Source of the DNA: a bacterium
GTDB taxonomy: Bacteria; Patescibacteriota; Doudnabacteria; UBA920; 2-01-FULL-46-14
Assembly: GCA_030700065.1 (NCBI GenBank)
Contig: JAUYKH010000003.1
Coordinates: 2,876-66,875, forward strand
DNA: 64,000 nt
Reading direction: 5' to 3'
Numbering within the stretch: position 1 is the first letter of the stretch; the number at the start of each line of letters is the position of its first letter. This document shows positions 1 to 10,079 of the stretch, piece after piece. The notes under the pieces are model-generated. The model was not told the origin of the DNA, did not search any database, and saw nothing but the letters and a program-made list of their open reading frames with translations. A program made the translations under genes and the position numbers.

Positions 1-597
1 CCACTTCCGTCTGCTCGCCCAGGAGATCGGATTTTTTTATGGTGAGTTTTTCCTGCTCCGCGGGTTTTGTTCCCATTTCTTTCAGAAATTGATCAACTTT
101 ATCCATACTCATCTTCAGTCCTTTTTGTTCATAGTGCATCGGAATGACAAATCGCGGCTCGATCTGATTGACTATCACCACCGCCTCTTCGGCATCGCAG
201 ACAGTTTTTCCTCCTACCGGAACAAACAAAATATTTATATCCTCAAGCTCTGAAAGCTGGGATTCAGTCAATTCTTTCTGCTTCAGGCTACCCAAAAAAC
301 CCAGGCGGATATCCTCCATGCGGATGGTATAGATGGTGGCACCCTGGCCCGGAATGCCGCGCACAAACAACCCCTTCACATCAAATTCGCCCGGACCATC
401 CACGACAAAAGTATCCTTGCCGTTCAGGGATTCGCGGTTATTGTAGGCAGGATTTTCAATATTGGAAATAATTGCGACGTCGGTTGCGACCCGAGGAGCC
501 GTGAGGCCGACATTTTTGGAAAAAGGGTCGGTTACAACCGTGAGGGTCCCGGACGATATTTTGAAGCAGGACAGTCCAAACCAAGTGATTACCATGG
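1..597 (-). CDS. MBL-fold metal-dependent hydrolase (UPF0173-like), partial, N-terminal part; continues beyond window start
   Basis: I translated the minus strand by hand. The product begins MVITWFGLSCFKISSGT and includes VPVGGKTVCDAEEAVVIVNQIEPRFVIPMHY, typical of beta-lactamase-fold UPF0173 hydrolases. The ORF runs off the window edge, so it is absent from the ORF track. Confidence 0.55.
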
Positions 598-724
598 ATT
601 AATTATACGATAAATTATCTATAATTTGAAGTGCGGGCTCCTCGTCACCCCACGGTCGTCTACTTGAAAACAACACCAAACGTACCTATACTTCTGTGGA
701 GGGTAGCTGTCGTGAGATTTTATT

Positions 725-3070
725 ATGATGAAAAATCTTTTTTACAAAAGTATTATTGCGCTTGCAGTGATCATTACCTTGGGTCAGTTTGGTGTTTGGC
801 GCCCGGTCCGTGCGGTAATTTCACCGCCATCTTTTCCTAATACGACTGCCCCAACTGTATGGGCTACGGACAGCATGGATCGTATAGGACAAACGCGGGC
901 AGCAGGCCTCGGAACCAAAGCTAGTATCTCTGCGGCCAGGGGAGAATACGAGAGTTTTCAAGTAATTGTCCGCTCGCCGAGTCAAGTAGGCCTGTCGAAC
1001 GTTAACTTGACGGTATCTTCGCTGACAGGACCGAACGGGGCTACTATTCCGTCATCTGCCTTTACTCTTTTCCGCGAGCACTATGTCAATGTGTTTCCGT
1101 CATCGCCTTTGTGGGGAACGAATCTGCCGATGGCCGCAGGAATGTACGCTGATGCGCTGATTCCGTTCGTGGACCCCGATACTGGCGCGTCGCTTTCTGG
1201 TGCTACACTCGACGCTGTGCCAACGGCAATCGCGGCCAATCACAATCAACCGTTTTGGGTTGACGTGCTAGTTCCCCGGCAAGCTGCCGCCGGGGTCTAC
1301 ACAGGAACCTATACCGTTTCAACAAATCTTGGAAATATCACCGGCCAGATTGAATTGCGCGTTTGGAACTTCACTCTGCCCTTGAAGCCATCGCTTCGCA
1401 CGTCTTTTCTAGTATGGACTTCGACAAACCTTCCGACATATAAAGAGCTGTTGCGGAATCGTATTGAGCCAAACCGCACTGACCCTTCTATGCAGCAGGA
1501 ATTGATCGATAGTTATGGTCTGGGTGACATAGGTTTACCGTTTTGGAGCGGAGCGGATAACGCTACCTGTACCATGTCTCCATCCTTCTCGGTGGCGCAA
1601 ATTAACGCTTCCAAACTTCAACAGCAAACTGACCTTAGGAAATATGTCTATTCGGCGGACGAGATCAGTTCATGTCCTGATCAGGCTACCTTGGAGGCGC
1701 GCATCAAGGAATGGGGAATCAATTTACACGCCGCCGGAGTGGAACATCTCATTGTAATGCCGCCACGAGCGTCGCTGTTAGATGATGGGACCGGTAAGCC
1801 GTACGTCGACATTTGGCCAGTGCTGCCCGTGCAGTATGACAATAACATTGCAGTAATTGACCAAGCCAAAACGAATTCACAAGTCTGGTCTTACAATACA
1901 CTCGTTCAGGATGATTACTCTCCGAAATGGCTGATTGACTTCGCTGCACCTAACTTCCGTTTGCAGCCGGGATTCATAAGCCAGGCATTGGGTCTGAAGG
2001 GTTTGCTGTATTGGCGTGTGGACCGTTGGCAGACAGATCCCTGGAACAATGTCAACAATGTCGGGGTATTCTCGGCGAGTAATTATCCAGGCGATGGTAT
2101 GCTGGTTTATCCGGGCGCACAAGTGGGTATTTCCGGGGTGGCGCCGTCGCTGCGGTTGAAGTGGCTGCGGGACGGCGTGGACGACTATGACTACGTTGAA
2201 ATTTTGAAAAGCCTAGGCGCCAACATCAAAGCGCTGCAAATCGCTCGCACGGTTGGTCAGGATTGGAACAATTGGAGCCGCGATCCGGCAGCAATCGCGT
2301 CAGCACGAACCGCCTTGGCCGCAGAGATTGAGCGATACAGTGTGTCCCCTCCCTCTCCCATCACCCCTCCCAAAGGAAGACCCTCGGGTACACCCATCAA
2401 ATATCAAGGCAACCCCACCGTCTACTTCTTAGAGAATAACCAAAAGCGAGGCATCCCATCCTACGGTATCTATCTTGCTCGATTCCGCAATCTCTCCATT
2501 GCCACCATCCCGGAGAGTGAACTCTATGACACCGCAGAAACTCTCAATTTCCCTCCCGGTTCTCTACTGAAAATTCCCCAAGACCGCACGGTCTACCTCA
2601 TCCTGGATAACAGCGATAAATACGCCTTCAAATCCATTGAAGAATTCCAAAGATTTGGCTTTAAATTCGACCTTGTCCAAGAAACCACTGATGAAGAGCT
2701 TTCCACCCACCCGACATCCCCGATAGCCAATCTTGATCACCATGCCAGGGGCAACCTCATCAAATACCCCGGAAGTTCCACTGTCTACCGCATTGAGAAC
2801 AACACCAAGCGAGCCTTTTCCTCCCCCGAAACCTTCTTCTTCTACGGGGACTTCTCCCAAGTGATCACCATTGACCCCTCCTTCCAGTACCCCGATGGAG
2901 CTGTCATGCTTATCCCTGAAGGAGCCCTCATCAGAACAGCAGAAGACCCCACTGTATACCTGCTTGAAAACAACACCAAGCGAGCCTACTCCTCTGCCGA
3001 AGAACTCTACTTTGACGGCTACTCCTTTGACCAGGTCAGGATTGGCAGGGGAGAGGAGCTGCCAACTTAA
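725..3070 (+). CDS. secreted protein, DUF4091/glycoside-hydrolase-like N-domain with four C-terminal ~70-aa tandem repeats
   Basis: The 781-aa ORF has an N-terminal hydrophobic signal or anchor. The motif LRLKWLRDGVDDYDYVEIL resembles DUF4091. The C-terminus carries repeats of the form PTVYxLENNxKRxxSSxEElYFxGYSF. A terminator hairpin lies downstream. Confidence 0.55.
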   Translation: MMKNLFYKSIIALAVIITLGQFGVWRPVRAVISPPSFPNTTAPTVWATDSMDRIGQTRAAGLGTKASISAARGEYESFQVIVRSPSQVGLSNVNLTVSSLTGPNGATIPSSAFTLFREHYVNVFPSSPLWGTNLPMAAGMYADALIPFVDPDTGASLSGATLDAVPTAIAANHNQPFWVDVLVPRQAAAGVYTGTYTVSTNLGNITGQIELRVWNFTLPLKPSLRTSFLVWTSTNLPTYKELLRNRIEPNRTDPSMQQELIDSYGLGDIGLPFWSGADNATCTMSPSFSVAQINASKLQQQTDLRKYVYSADEISSCPDQATLEARIKEWGINLHAAGVEHLIVMPPRASLLDDGTGKPYVDIWPVLPVQYDNNIAVIDQAKTNSQVWSYNTLVQDDYSPKWLIDFAAPNFRLQPGFISQALGLKGLLYWRVDRWQTDPWNNVNNVGVFSASNYPGDGMLVYPGAQVGISGVAPSLRLKWLRDGVDDYDYVEILKSLGANIKALQIARTVGQDWNNWSRDPAAIASARTALAAEIERYSVSPPSPITPPKGRPSGTPIKYQGNPTVYFLENNQKRGIPSYGIYLARFRNLSIATIPESELYDTAETLNFPPGSLLKIPQDRTVYLILDNSDKYAFKSIEEFQRFGFKFDLVQETTDEELSTHPTSPIANLDHHARGNLIKYPGSSTVYRIENNTKRAFSSPETFFFYGDFSQVITIDPSFQYPDGAVMLIPEGALIRTAEDPTVYLLENNTKRAYSSAEELYFDGYSFDQVRIGRGEELPT

Positions 3071-3205
3071 AATACGGGGTTGATTTTTTTATTTGGGCCT
3101 GGTAAGATTGCAGGGTAGTTAAAAATCAATATCTCCAAGCCTTTTTAACTTTTAACCATTCTGTTTTGTAGATCCTATCGTCCCGCCGCCGGCGCGACTC
3201 CAGGA

Positions 3206-3233
3206 TGACAGGACAGAAGTCCTGTCAATTTTT
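3206..3233 (+). terminator. intrinsic terminator-like hairpin (TGACAGGAC-AGAA-GTCCTGTCA followed by ATTTTT)
   Basis: A perfect 9-bp stem is followed by a T-run. It lies between the secreted-protein gene and rpsA. Confidence 0.45.
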
Positions 3234-3272
3234 AACCCTTGGACCAAAGATCAGCGTTTTTGGATACTAAGG

Positions 3273-4484
3273 GTGTCCATTTTTTATAATATGGCCGATT
3301 CAATCCAATCAATGAGTGAGTTGGTGCAGGACGAGAAAGCCCTGCGGATTTTGCATGAGGGCGATGTCATCCATGGCCGGATTTTAAGCGTGGGGAAAAA
3401 CGAAGTCTATGTGGATGTGGAAGGTGTCGGGGTTGGGGTCGTCCGCGGGCGTGAATTGTATGACGATGAACAAGTTCTTTCTTCGCTCAAAGTCGCCGAC
3501 GAAGTTTACGCTTCAGTGGTTGAAATTGACAATCGCGAGGGGAATATCGAGCTTTCCTTCCGCAAAGCGGGTCAGGAAAGGGTCTGGCAGAGCCTCATGG
3601 AAAAACTGGAGAGCAAAGAGACCGTCACCACCAAGATTCTCGAGGCCAACAAGGGCGGTTTGATGGTGAAAATAAACAGCGTGGTCGGATTTTTGCCCGT
3701 TTCCCAACTTTCGCCCGCCCACTATCCGCGAGTCGAGGATGGCGATAAAAACAAGATTTTGTCGGTTTTGCGCGGGTATATCGGGCAGGATTTTGATGTT
3801 CGGATCATCACTGTTGAGCAGGAGGGCGAAAAATTAATCGTTTCCGAGCGAGCGGTGACCGAGGACGAACTGATGCAGAAGATCAGCAAGCTCTCCATCG
3901 GCGATGTGGTGGAGGGGGTTGTTACCGGCGTGGTCAATTTTGGAGCGTTCGTAAAATTTGGGGATGATCTGGAAGGTCTGGTGCATATTTCTGAACTGGC
4001 CTGGCAGCGCATTGAGGACCCGAAAACTATCATCCAGGTCGGCAACAAAGTCAAAGCGCAGATCATCGCGATTGACAATGATCGCATCAGTTTATCCCTC
4101 AAGCGTCTGCAAAAAGATCCGTGGGAGGACGCGGTCAAAAAATACCGAATCGGACAAGTGGTTCAGGGCAAAGTCCTCAAATTAGCTAGTTTCGGCGCCT
4201 TTGTGGAACTGGATCAGGATATTCAGGGTTTGGCGCACATTGGCGAGCTGACCGACAAAAAAGTTCAGGATGCGTCCGAAGTTTTGAAGGAAGGCGAGAC
4301 CTGCGAGTTTAAGATTATCTCCATTGAACCGGCCGAACATCGGCTGGGGCTGTCAATCAAAGCGCTGAAAAACGCGGAGCCCCTGGCCGCCGCCCCGGAA
4401 CAGCCAAAGGAAGAAACTGCCGAGGCCAAAATCGAGCCCCCCAAAGAGGAAATAAAAGAAAAAACCGAAGAGACGAAAGTCTAA
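3273..4484 (+). CDS. rpsA: ribosomal protein S1-like protein with four S1 RNA-binding domains
   Basis: Repeated S1 motifs are present, for example GDVVEGVVTGVVNFGAFVKFGDDLEGLVHISELAW. The C-terminal tail is acidic and lysine-rich. The start is uncertain: GTG at 3273 or ATG at 3291. Confidence 0.8.
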   Translation: MSIFYNMADSIQSMSELVQDEKALRILHEGDVIHGRILSVGKNEVYVDVEGVGVGVVRGRELYDDEQVLSSLKVADEVYASVVEIDNREGNIELSFRKAGQERVWQSLMEKLESKETVTTKILEANKGGLMVKINSVVGFLPVSQLSPAHYPRVEDGDKNKILSVLRGYIGQDFDVRIITVEQEGEKLIVSERAVTEDELMQKISKLSIGDVVEGVVTGVVNFGAFVKFGDDLEGLVHISELAWQRIEDPKTIIQVGNKVKAQIIAIDNDRISLSLKRLQKDPWEDAVKKYRIGQVVQGKVLKLASFGAFVELDQDIQGLAHIGELTDKKVQDASEVLKEGETCEFKIISIEPAEHRLGLSIKALKNAEPLAAAPEQPKEETAEAKIEPPKEEIKEKTEETKV

Positions 4485-4508
4485 AATTTAGGTTATAATA
4501 CAAGCAAA

Positions 4509-4582
4509 GGCGTGAGGGCCGGGCGGCCAGGCAAAGGTCTGCAAAACCTTTTAGACGGGTTCAACTCCCGTTCACGCCTCCA
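4509..4582 (+). tRNA. tRNA-Cys (anticodon GCA)
   Basis: Hand-folded cloverleaf. Acceptor GGCGTGA pairs with TCACGCC. The anticodon arm is AAGGT-CTGCAAA-ACCTT, and the T-arm is ACGGG-TTCAACT-CCCGT. Discriminator U and an encoded CCA follow. Confidence 0.8.
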
Positions 4583-4588
4583 AGCATC

Positions 4589-4664
4589 AGGTCTGTGTCG
4601 CTACGCGACATCTGGCGAAGCCATGACAAAACCCTTATTCACGGGTTTGATTCCCGTCCTGGCC
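4589..4664 (+). ncRNA. tRNA-derived structured element X (tRNA-sized, lacks acceptor 5' strand and D-arm; degenerate T-loop)
   Basis: Element X shares AGGTCTG, CAAAACC, a T-arm-like hairpin ACGGG-7nt-CCCGT and an acceptor-3'-like heptamer with tRNA-Cys. Two extra hairpins are inserted where the anticodon loop would be. Confidence 0.4.
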
Positions 4665-4674
4665 TTAGCGAGAA

Positions 4675-4748
4675 AGGTCTGTGTCCCTGCGGGACATCTC
4701 CCGAAGGGAGACAAAACCGCGTACACGGGTGAGACTCCCGTTCAGGCC
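4675..4748 (+). ncRNA. tRNA-derived structured element Y (paralogue of X)
   Basis: Y has the same architecture as X. Its hairpin stems carry compensatory changes relative to X: GTCGC/GCGAC becomes GTCCC/GGGAC, and TGGC/GCCA becomes TCTCCC/GGGAGA. Confidence 0.4.
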
Positions 4749-4757
4749 TTTTGGAAA

Positions 4758-4843
4758 GCCCGGGTGGTGGAATGGTTTACACAGAGGACTTAAAATCCTT
4801 GACCCTAACGGGTTTGTGGGTTCGACTCCCACCCCGGGCACCA
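4758..4843 (+). tRNA. tRNA-Leu (anticodon TAA), long variable arm, encoded CCA
   Basis: Acceptor GCCCGGG pairs with CCCGGGC. The anticodon loop is CTTAAAA, the variable arm is long, and the T-arm is GTGGG-TTCGACT-CCCAC. Confidence 0.8.
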
Positions 4844-4909
4844 AATGTAACTTGTTCGGAATTGACTGCTCCGCCCACCGTCCGCTCGGCGGTTGAAGCA
4901 TATTGAATT

Positions 4910-5665
4910 TTGGGGAAAGGTTTTTTGAATATGTATAATGGAAAACGTATTTTTATTATATTTCTCGGGGTGTGGCTTTTACTTTCGACATTCGCAGTAA
5001 CTCTATTTTCGTTAGGCAATCCAATAATGCGCGCGGTTATAGGAATGGCGTGGGGAGTTATTGTTTTTTGGATTATGATTTGCGGTAGCCTTATGTATCG
5101 TTTTCGCGAACCAATTCGAAACGCTGTAATAAAAATTCGACTTCCTTGGCAGATAAAATTCGTTCTTTTTGTAACCCTCCTCGCGCTTCTCGAAGAGACA
5201 ATCACCACAACAATGACGAACCTCGCGCCGGTTTTTGGTGTAAAGATTGGGGAAGCATATATTACCGCGTCTGCAAATTTTTTTGATGTTGTATTTTTCC
5301 ACAGTGCCATCAATTTTATAGGTCCTTTTATTTTTTGGGCACTTGCGCTTCAGCGATATAATTTTAGCCCATTCGCCGCATTTCTCACCTTTGGAGTTAG
5401 CGGTGTATTCGCAGAAGTATCGTTTAGCGGCCCACAGCATTTTTCAGAATTTGGGTTCTGGATTTTTGTCTACGGACTTATGATTTTTCTCCCCGCTTAT
5501 TCGCTCCCTTCAGCAGAAGCGCGCGGCGCGCGACCGGCAAAATTTTATCACTACATTCTGATGATATTTTTGCCAGCGCTTTTTGTTCCCTTATTTGCAT
5601 GGATTCCAAAAGTAATTGACCCCGCTCACCCGCAACCAACACATTTTTTACCGCTTAAACCTTGA
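4910..5665 (+). CDS. integral membrane protein, multi-pass, unknown function
   Basis: The 251-aa ORF is AT-rich with several hydrophobic segments. A hairpin lies downstream. Confidence 0.6.
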   Translation: MGKGFLNMYNGKRIFIIFLGVWLLLSTFAVTLFSLGNPIMRAVIGMAWGVIVFWIMICGSLMYRFREPIRNAVIKIRLPWQIKFVLFVTLLALLEETITTTMTNLAPVFGVKIGEAYITASANFFDVVFFHSAINFIGPFIFWALALQRYNFSPFAAFLTFGVSGVFAEVSFSGPQHFSEFGFWIFVYGLMIFLPAYSLPSAEARGARPAKFYHYILMIFLPALFVPLFAWIPKVIDPAHPQPTHFLPLKP

Positions 5666-5688
5666 GTACTAAGAATTTGCTGCCAGAG

Positions 5689-5714
5689 CACAAAATTAGT
5701 ACACTAATTTTGTG
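5689..5714 (+). terminator. terminator-like hairpin (11-bp stem CACAAAATTAG / CTAATTTTGTG)
   Basis: A perfect inverted repeat lies directly after the stop of the membrane-protein gene. Confidence 0.4.
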
Positions 5715-5728
5715 AGCGCTACCACCCC

Positions 5729-5998
5729 ATGAAAAGAACAATTTACATTTTGGCCTTCACGTTTTTGGGTTTTTTGCTCCAGTTTTTGATTCATGCCTGG
5801 GTTGAAATTTGGTATATCGGGCTTCTGATCAGCAATTTCTCGACATATGGCCTTGGTTTATCCTGGCAGCAGTGGTTTTTGGTTCATCATGTGCTGGCGG
5901 TGATATTATTGATAGCGGGAATTGTGTTTGGGTATTTGCAAGGCCGTTATTGGTGGAAGCAGATATATGTGCTTAAGCGGTGGAGAAAGAAAATTTAA
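5729..5998 (+). CDS. small membrane protein (two predicted TM helices)
   Basis: The 89-aa ORF has a hydrophobic composition. Confidence 0.45.
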   Translation: MKRTIYILAFTFLGFLLQFLIHAWVEIWYIGLLISNFSTYGLGLSWQQWFLVHHVLAVILLIAGIVFGYLQGRYWWKQIYVLKRWRKKI

Positions 5999-6115
5999 AA
6001 TTATCTGGATCCCCGCCTCCCGCCCGCCTGAACTCCCGCCTGACTTCGAAAAGACGAAGTCATTTCGGGCAGGTCGTCCAAGCGAAGTCGGGCAGGTCGC
6101 GGGGATGACAATGAC

Positions 6116-6436
6116 ATGATTCCGCTTGAAGAATTCAAAAAATTAGATCTGCGCGTCGCGGAGGTGATAGCCGCCGAGAAAGTGGAAGGATCGGACAAAC
6201 TCCTCAAGCTTCAAATTGACATTGGCAACGAAGAACGGCAACTGGTGGCCGGCATCGCTCAATTTTACGCGCCGGAAGATATGGCAGGTCGCCGAATTGT
6301 CGTGATTGTCAATCTCGAGCCGAAAATTTTTTTGGGATTAGAGTCCCAGGGGATGCTCCTGGCAGCTGATGACGAGGGCCGGCCGGTACTCTTGGAGCCC
6401 CATTCGCCAGTTCCGCCGGGCAGCAAAATAAGATAA
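6116..6436 (+). CDS. tRNA-binding domain protein (CsaA/YgjH/Myf family)
   Basis: The sequence LDLRVAEVIAAEKVEGSDKLLKLQIDIGNEERQLVAGI with downstream IVVIVNLEPKIFLG matches the tRNA-binding domain family. Confidence 0.7.
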   Translation: MIPLEEFKKLDLRVAEVIAAEKVEGSDKLLKLQIDIGNEERQLVAGIAQFYAPEDMAGRRIVVIVNLEPKIFLGLESQGMLLAADDEGRPVLLEPHSPVPPGSKIR

Positions 6437-6464
6437 TTTAGGCTTAAATAAGCTATTTTTGAAT

Positions 6465-6494
6465 GCGCCAGTCGACTGGCGCATTGATTTTTGT
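6465..6494 (+). terminator. intrinsic terminator (GCGCCAGT-CGA-CTGGCGC followed by ATTGATTTTTGT)
   Basis: A perfect 8-bp GC-rich stem is followed by a T-run. Confidence 0.6.
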
Positions 6495-6624
6495 CTGCTT
6501 TTGTGCTAGGACGTACAATCACCAGAGTTATGGTGATATAAATCAAAAACAGCAGGGCGGGCAGCATTTAGTTCAAACACGGGGATCGAATTGGATTCAT
6601 TGACCCCCGTGTTTTTTGTTAACT

Positions 6625-6653
6625 TGACAAATTTTTCTATGGGAGTAGGATAG
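6625..6653 (+). promoter_or_regulatory. candidate sigma70-like promoter for rpoBC (TTGACA, 16-17 nt spacer, TAGGAT)
   Basis: A -35 consensus hexamer is present, with a weak -10. It lies about 80 nt upstream of rpoB. Confidence 0.3.
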
Positions 6654-6729
6654 AAGTATGGAATATGGGAGAATATGGTGAAGCCATTAATTTGGCCCTT
6701 TTTGTTTTTGCATCTAGGGATGTATTTTT

Positions 6730-9700
6730 GTGTCCCAAAAAATGACTAAACAACCAAATTCCCCGCTTTTTGATAAAGGCGGGATTGTTACCAAGATGCG
6801 CAAAGGGATGGCGGCCAAGCGCAAGCGCTTTGGCGCGACTTTGGAGGTAATGGATTTGCCGAACCTGATCGAGATTCAGACAGAATCCTACCGCCAGTTT
6901 TTTGAGCAGGGACTCAAGGAGCTATTTGAAGAAATCAGTCCGATAAAAGATTTCACCGGGAAAAATCTCGAGCTTCACTTCGGACAGTATTTCCTGGACA
7001 AGCCGAAATTCAGCGAGCTTAAGGCCAAAGAACGAAATACTACCTTTGAGGCGCCGCTTTACGTGCAGGTGAAACTCGTCAACAAAGCAAAAAATAAAAC
7101 CAAGACCCAGGATGTCTATTTGGGAGATTTTCCTTTGATGACGAACCGCGGGACATTTGTGATCAATGGCGTGGAACGGGTCGTCGTCTCGCAGTTGATA
7201 AAATCCCCGGGTGCTTTTTTCAGCGCCGAATATCAGCGCGGCCGCAATTACTACGGCGGGAAGATTATTCCAAACCGCGGGGCGTGGCTGGAGTTTGATA
7301 CCGATTTGAACGGGGTGATTGGCGTGAAGATCGACCGGAAACGCCGCATCCCGATCACGGCCCTTCTGCGGGTCTTCGGAGTATCTTCGGACGAGCAGAT
7401 TCTAGGCGCATTCGCGGACATTGATACCAACCCCGACCAAAAATATATTCAAAATACTTTGGAAAAGGATCCGTCAAAGAACGCGGACGACGGCTTTAAA
7501 GAAGTTTACAAGAGAATTCGCCCAGGCGATCTGGCGACAGTGGACAATGCCAGGTCTTTGATTGAGGCAATGTTTTTCAATTTTGATCGCTATGATCTGT
7601 CCCTGGTCGGGAGATACAAATTCAACCAACGCCTGAACATCAGCGGCCGGGAGGACCGGATTTTAACGAAAGAAGATTTGATTGCCGTGATCCGGGAGAT
7701 CATCAGGCTTAATAATTCCCAGGAGCATCCTGACGATATTGATCATTTGGCCAATCGCCGGATTCGCGCCGTTGGCGAACTCATACAGACCAAATTCCGC
7801 GTCGGACTCCAGCGGATGAGCCGAATCGCGAAAGATCGCATGAGCCTGGCGGATTTGGATACCGCCACGCCAGCCCAGCTTATCCATGTTCGGCCGATCG
7901 TCGCGGTGATGCAGGAATTTTTCTCCTCCTCTCAGCTTTCGCAGTTTATGGATCAAACCAACCCTCTGGCCGAGTTGGAACACAAGCGGCGCTTATCCGC
8001 GATGGGCCCGGGGGGACTGTCCCGCGAGCGAGCGGGTTTTGAGGTGCGCGATGTGCACCGCTCACACTATGGCCGTTTGTGCCCGATTACTACTCCGGAG
8101 GGACCGAATATCGGCTTGGTTGCCCATATGGCTTCCTATGCCCAGCTGAACGAATTTGGGTTTATCGAGACCCCTTATCGCAAAGTCGCGAGCGTGGGCG
8201 GGCGGAAAAAAGTAACGGACGAGATTGTTTATCTGGACGCATACGAAGAAGAAAAGATGATTATTGCCCAGGCCAATACGCAACTGGACGAGAATGGATT
8301 TTTTGTAGAGGAACGGGCCCAGGTCCGGGTTCATGGGGAACCGTCCATTGCCGCGACCGAAGAGATCAACTATATGGACGTCTCCCCCAAACAGATCGTA
8401 TCGGTTACGACTTCGCTTATTCCCTTCTTGGAGCATGATGACGCCAATCGCGCGCTGATGGGTTCGAACATGCAAAGACAGGCGGTGTCCTGCATCCGGC
8501 CACAGGCGCCGATTGTCGGCACCGGTGTTGAGGAAAAAGCCGCTTTTGATTCCGGACAGGTGATTGTCTGCGAAAAGGACGGGACGGTTCATTCAGTAAC
8601 TGGTGACAGGATCATCGTTTTGGAATCAGGCGGGGTGAAGCGCGAATACCCCTTGAAAAAGTTTTTGCGTTCCAACACCTCAACCAGCATCAACCAGAAG
8701 CCGATAGCGCGGCGGGGGCAAAAAGTCGTGCGCGGTCAGGTCCTGGCAGACGGCCCCGCCACCGAGCTGGGGGAACTGGCTTTGGGACAGAACGTGCTGG
8801 TCGCCTTTCTTTCCTGGCGCGGATACAATTATGAAGACGCGGTAATTATTTCATCGCGAGTTGTGGAACAAGACAGATTCAGTTCCATCCACATCGAAGA
8901 TTTTAAAGTCGATGTCCGGGACACCAAGCTGGGACCGGAAATCGTTACGCGCGATATTCCGAACGTCGGCGAGGAAAAATTGAAAGACTTGGACGAAAAC
9001 GGGGTCATACGGATCGGGGCGCAGGTCAAAGCCGGTGACATATTGGTCGGGAAAATCACGCCCAAAGGCGAAACCGATCTCACCGCCGAAGAAAAACTTT
9101 TGCGGGTTATTTTTGGCGAAAAATCCAGGGACGTCAAAGACACGTCTCTGACGCTCCCGCACGGCGAGTACGGGAAAGTCGTGAACATTCGCGAATTTTC
9201 CCGAGACCGCGGGGACAAACTGCCGACCGGTGTTGTCCGTTCAATTCAGGTATCGGTCGCGGTTTTGCGCAAAATTTCCACGGGTGATAAAATGGCCGGC
9301 CGGCACGGCAACAAAGGCGTTATCTCCAGGATTGTTCCGGTTGAAGACATGCCTTTTATGGAAGACGGAACCCCTGTTGACATCATTCTCAACCCTTTGG
9401 GAGTGGCGTCGCGTATGAATTTGGGCCAAATTTTGGAGACCCATCTCGGCTTAGCCGCTCACAAGCTGAATTATCAAGCGGCCAGTCCGGCGCTGGACGG
9501 GGTCTCCGAAGAGGCGATCAAAGAGGAATTGATCCGCGCCGGCTACTCCCCTGACGGCAAAGTCAAACTGCACGACGGCCGGACCGGCGAATCGTTTGAT
9601 GAAAAGGTTACCGTGGGGTATATCTACATGATGAAGCTTCATCATTTGGTGGACGACAAGATGCATGCCCGTTCCACTGGCCCGTATTCACTGATTACCC

Positions 9701-10074
9701 AACAGCCCTTGGGCGGGAAAGCGCAGTTTGGCGGCCAGCGGTTTGGAGAAATGGAGGTCTGGGCTCTCGAGGGATACGGCGCGGCCCATACCTTGCAGGA
9801 GATGCTGACGATAAAATCCGACGATGTGGTCGGCCGTTCCAGAACCTATGAATCAATTGTCAAGGGAGAACCGATCAAAACCCCGAACGTGCCGGAATCC
9901 TTTTTGGTGTTGGTGAAAGAACTGCAGTCTTTGTGCCTGGATGTCAATCTCATCGGGGAACATTTTGAGGAAGACGACCAGTCCGGAGAAATTGGCGAAC
10001 TTGCGACCATACCGCGGGAGGCAGAGACGCGGCAGGAAGCGACCGCGGCCAAAAAGGAAAAGGCGGAAGCCTAA
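6730..10074 (+). CDS. rpoB: DNA-directed RNA polymerase subunit beta
   Basis: The 1114-aa ORF carries canonical RpoB motifs, for example NMQRQAVSC and [20 protein letters not shown]. The alternative ATG start is at 6742. Confidence 0.97.
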   Translation: MSQKMTKQPNSPLFDKGGIVTKMRKGMAAKRKRFGATLEVMDLPNLIEIQTESYRQFFEQGLKELFEEISPIKDFTGKNLELHFGQYFLDKPKFSELKAKERNTTFEAPLYVQVKLVNKAKNKTKTQDVYLGDFPLMTNRGTFVINGVERVVVSQLIKSPGAFFSAEYQRGRNYYGGKIIPNRGAWLEFDTDLNGVIGVKIDRKRRIPITALLRVFGVSSDEQILGAFADIDTNPDQKYIQNTLEKDPSKNADDGFKEVYKRIRPGDLATVDNARSLIEAMFFNFDRYDLSLVGRYKFNQRLNISGREDRILTKEDLIAVIREIIRLNNSQEHPDDIDHLANRRIRAVGELIQTKFRVGLQRMSRIAKDRMSLADLDTATPAQLIHVRPIVAVMQEFFSSSQLSQFMDQTNPLAELEHKRRLSAMGPGGLSRERAGFEVRDVHRSHYGRLCPITTPEGPNIGLVAHMASYAQLNEFGFIETPYRKVASVGGRKKVTDEIVYLDAYEEEKMIIAQANTQLDENGFFVEERAQVRVHGEPSIAATEEINYMDVSPKQIVSVTTSLIPFLEHDDANRALMGSNMQRQAVSCIRPQAPIVGTGVEEKAAFDSGQVIVCEKDGTVHSVTGDRIIVLESGGVKREYPLKKFLRSNTSTSINQKPIARRGQKVVRGQVLADGPATELGELALGQNVLVAFLSWRGYNYEDAVIISSRVVEQDRFSSIHIEDFKVDVRDTKLGPEIVTRDIPNVGEEKLKDLDENGVIRIGAQVKAGDILVGKITPKGETDLTAEEKLLRVIFGEKSRDVKDTSLTLPHGEYGKVVNIREFSRDRGDKLPTGVVRSIQVSVAVLRKISTGDKMAGRHGNKGVISRIVPVEDMPFMEDGTPVDIILNPLGVASRMNLGQILETHLGLAAHKLNYQAASPALDGVSEEAIKEELIRAGYSPDGKVKLHDGRTGESFDEKVTVGYIYMMKLHHLVDDKMHARSTGPYSLITQQPLGGKAQFGGQRFGEMEVWALEGYGAAHTLQEMLTIKSDDVVGRSRTYESIVKGEPIKTPNVPESFLVLVKELQSLCLDVNLIGEHFEEDDQSGEIGELATIPREAETRQEATAAKKEKAEA

Positions 10075-10079
10075 ATTAT

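Noticed and set aside
3279-3290. TATAAT immediately abutting the rpsA start as a -10 element
   Set aside because: It is too close to either candidate start codon (0-6 nt) to serve that gene. It is possibly a coincidental AT-rich sequence.
4512-4793. 93-aa ORF in the ORF track
   Set aside because: It spans tRNA-Cys, the two tRNA-like elements and the start of tRNA-Leu. Its composition is an artefact of reading through structured RNA genes.
8062-8592. Antisense ORFs inside rpoB, rpoC, valS and typA (e.g. 8062..8592, 13134..13694, 27109..27855, 27752..28357)
   Set aside because: They are fully embedded in strongly supported genes on the opposite strand. No motifs are present.
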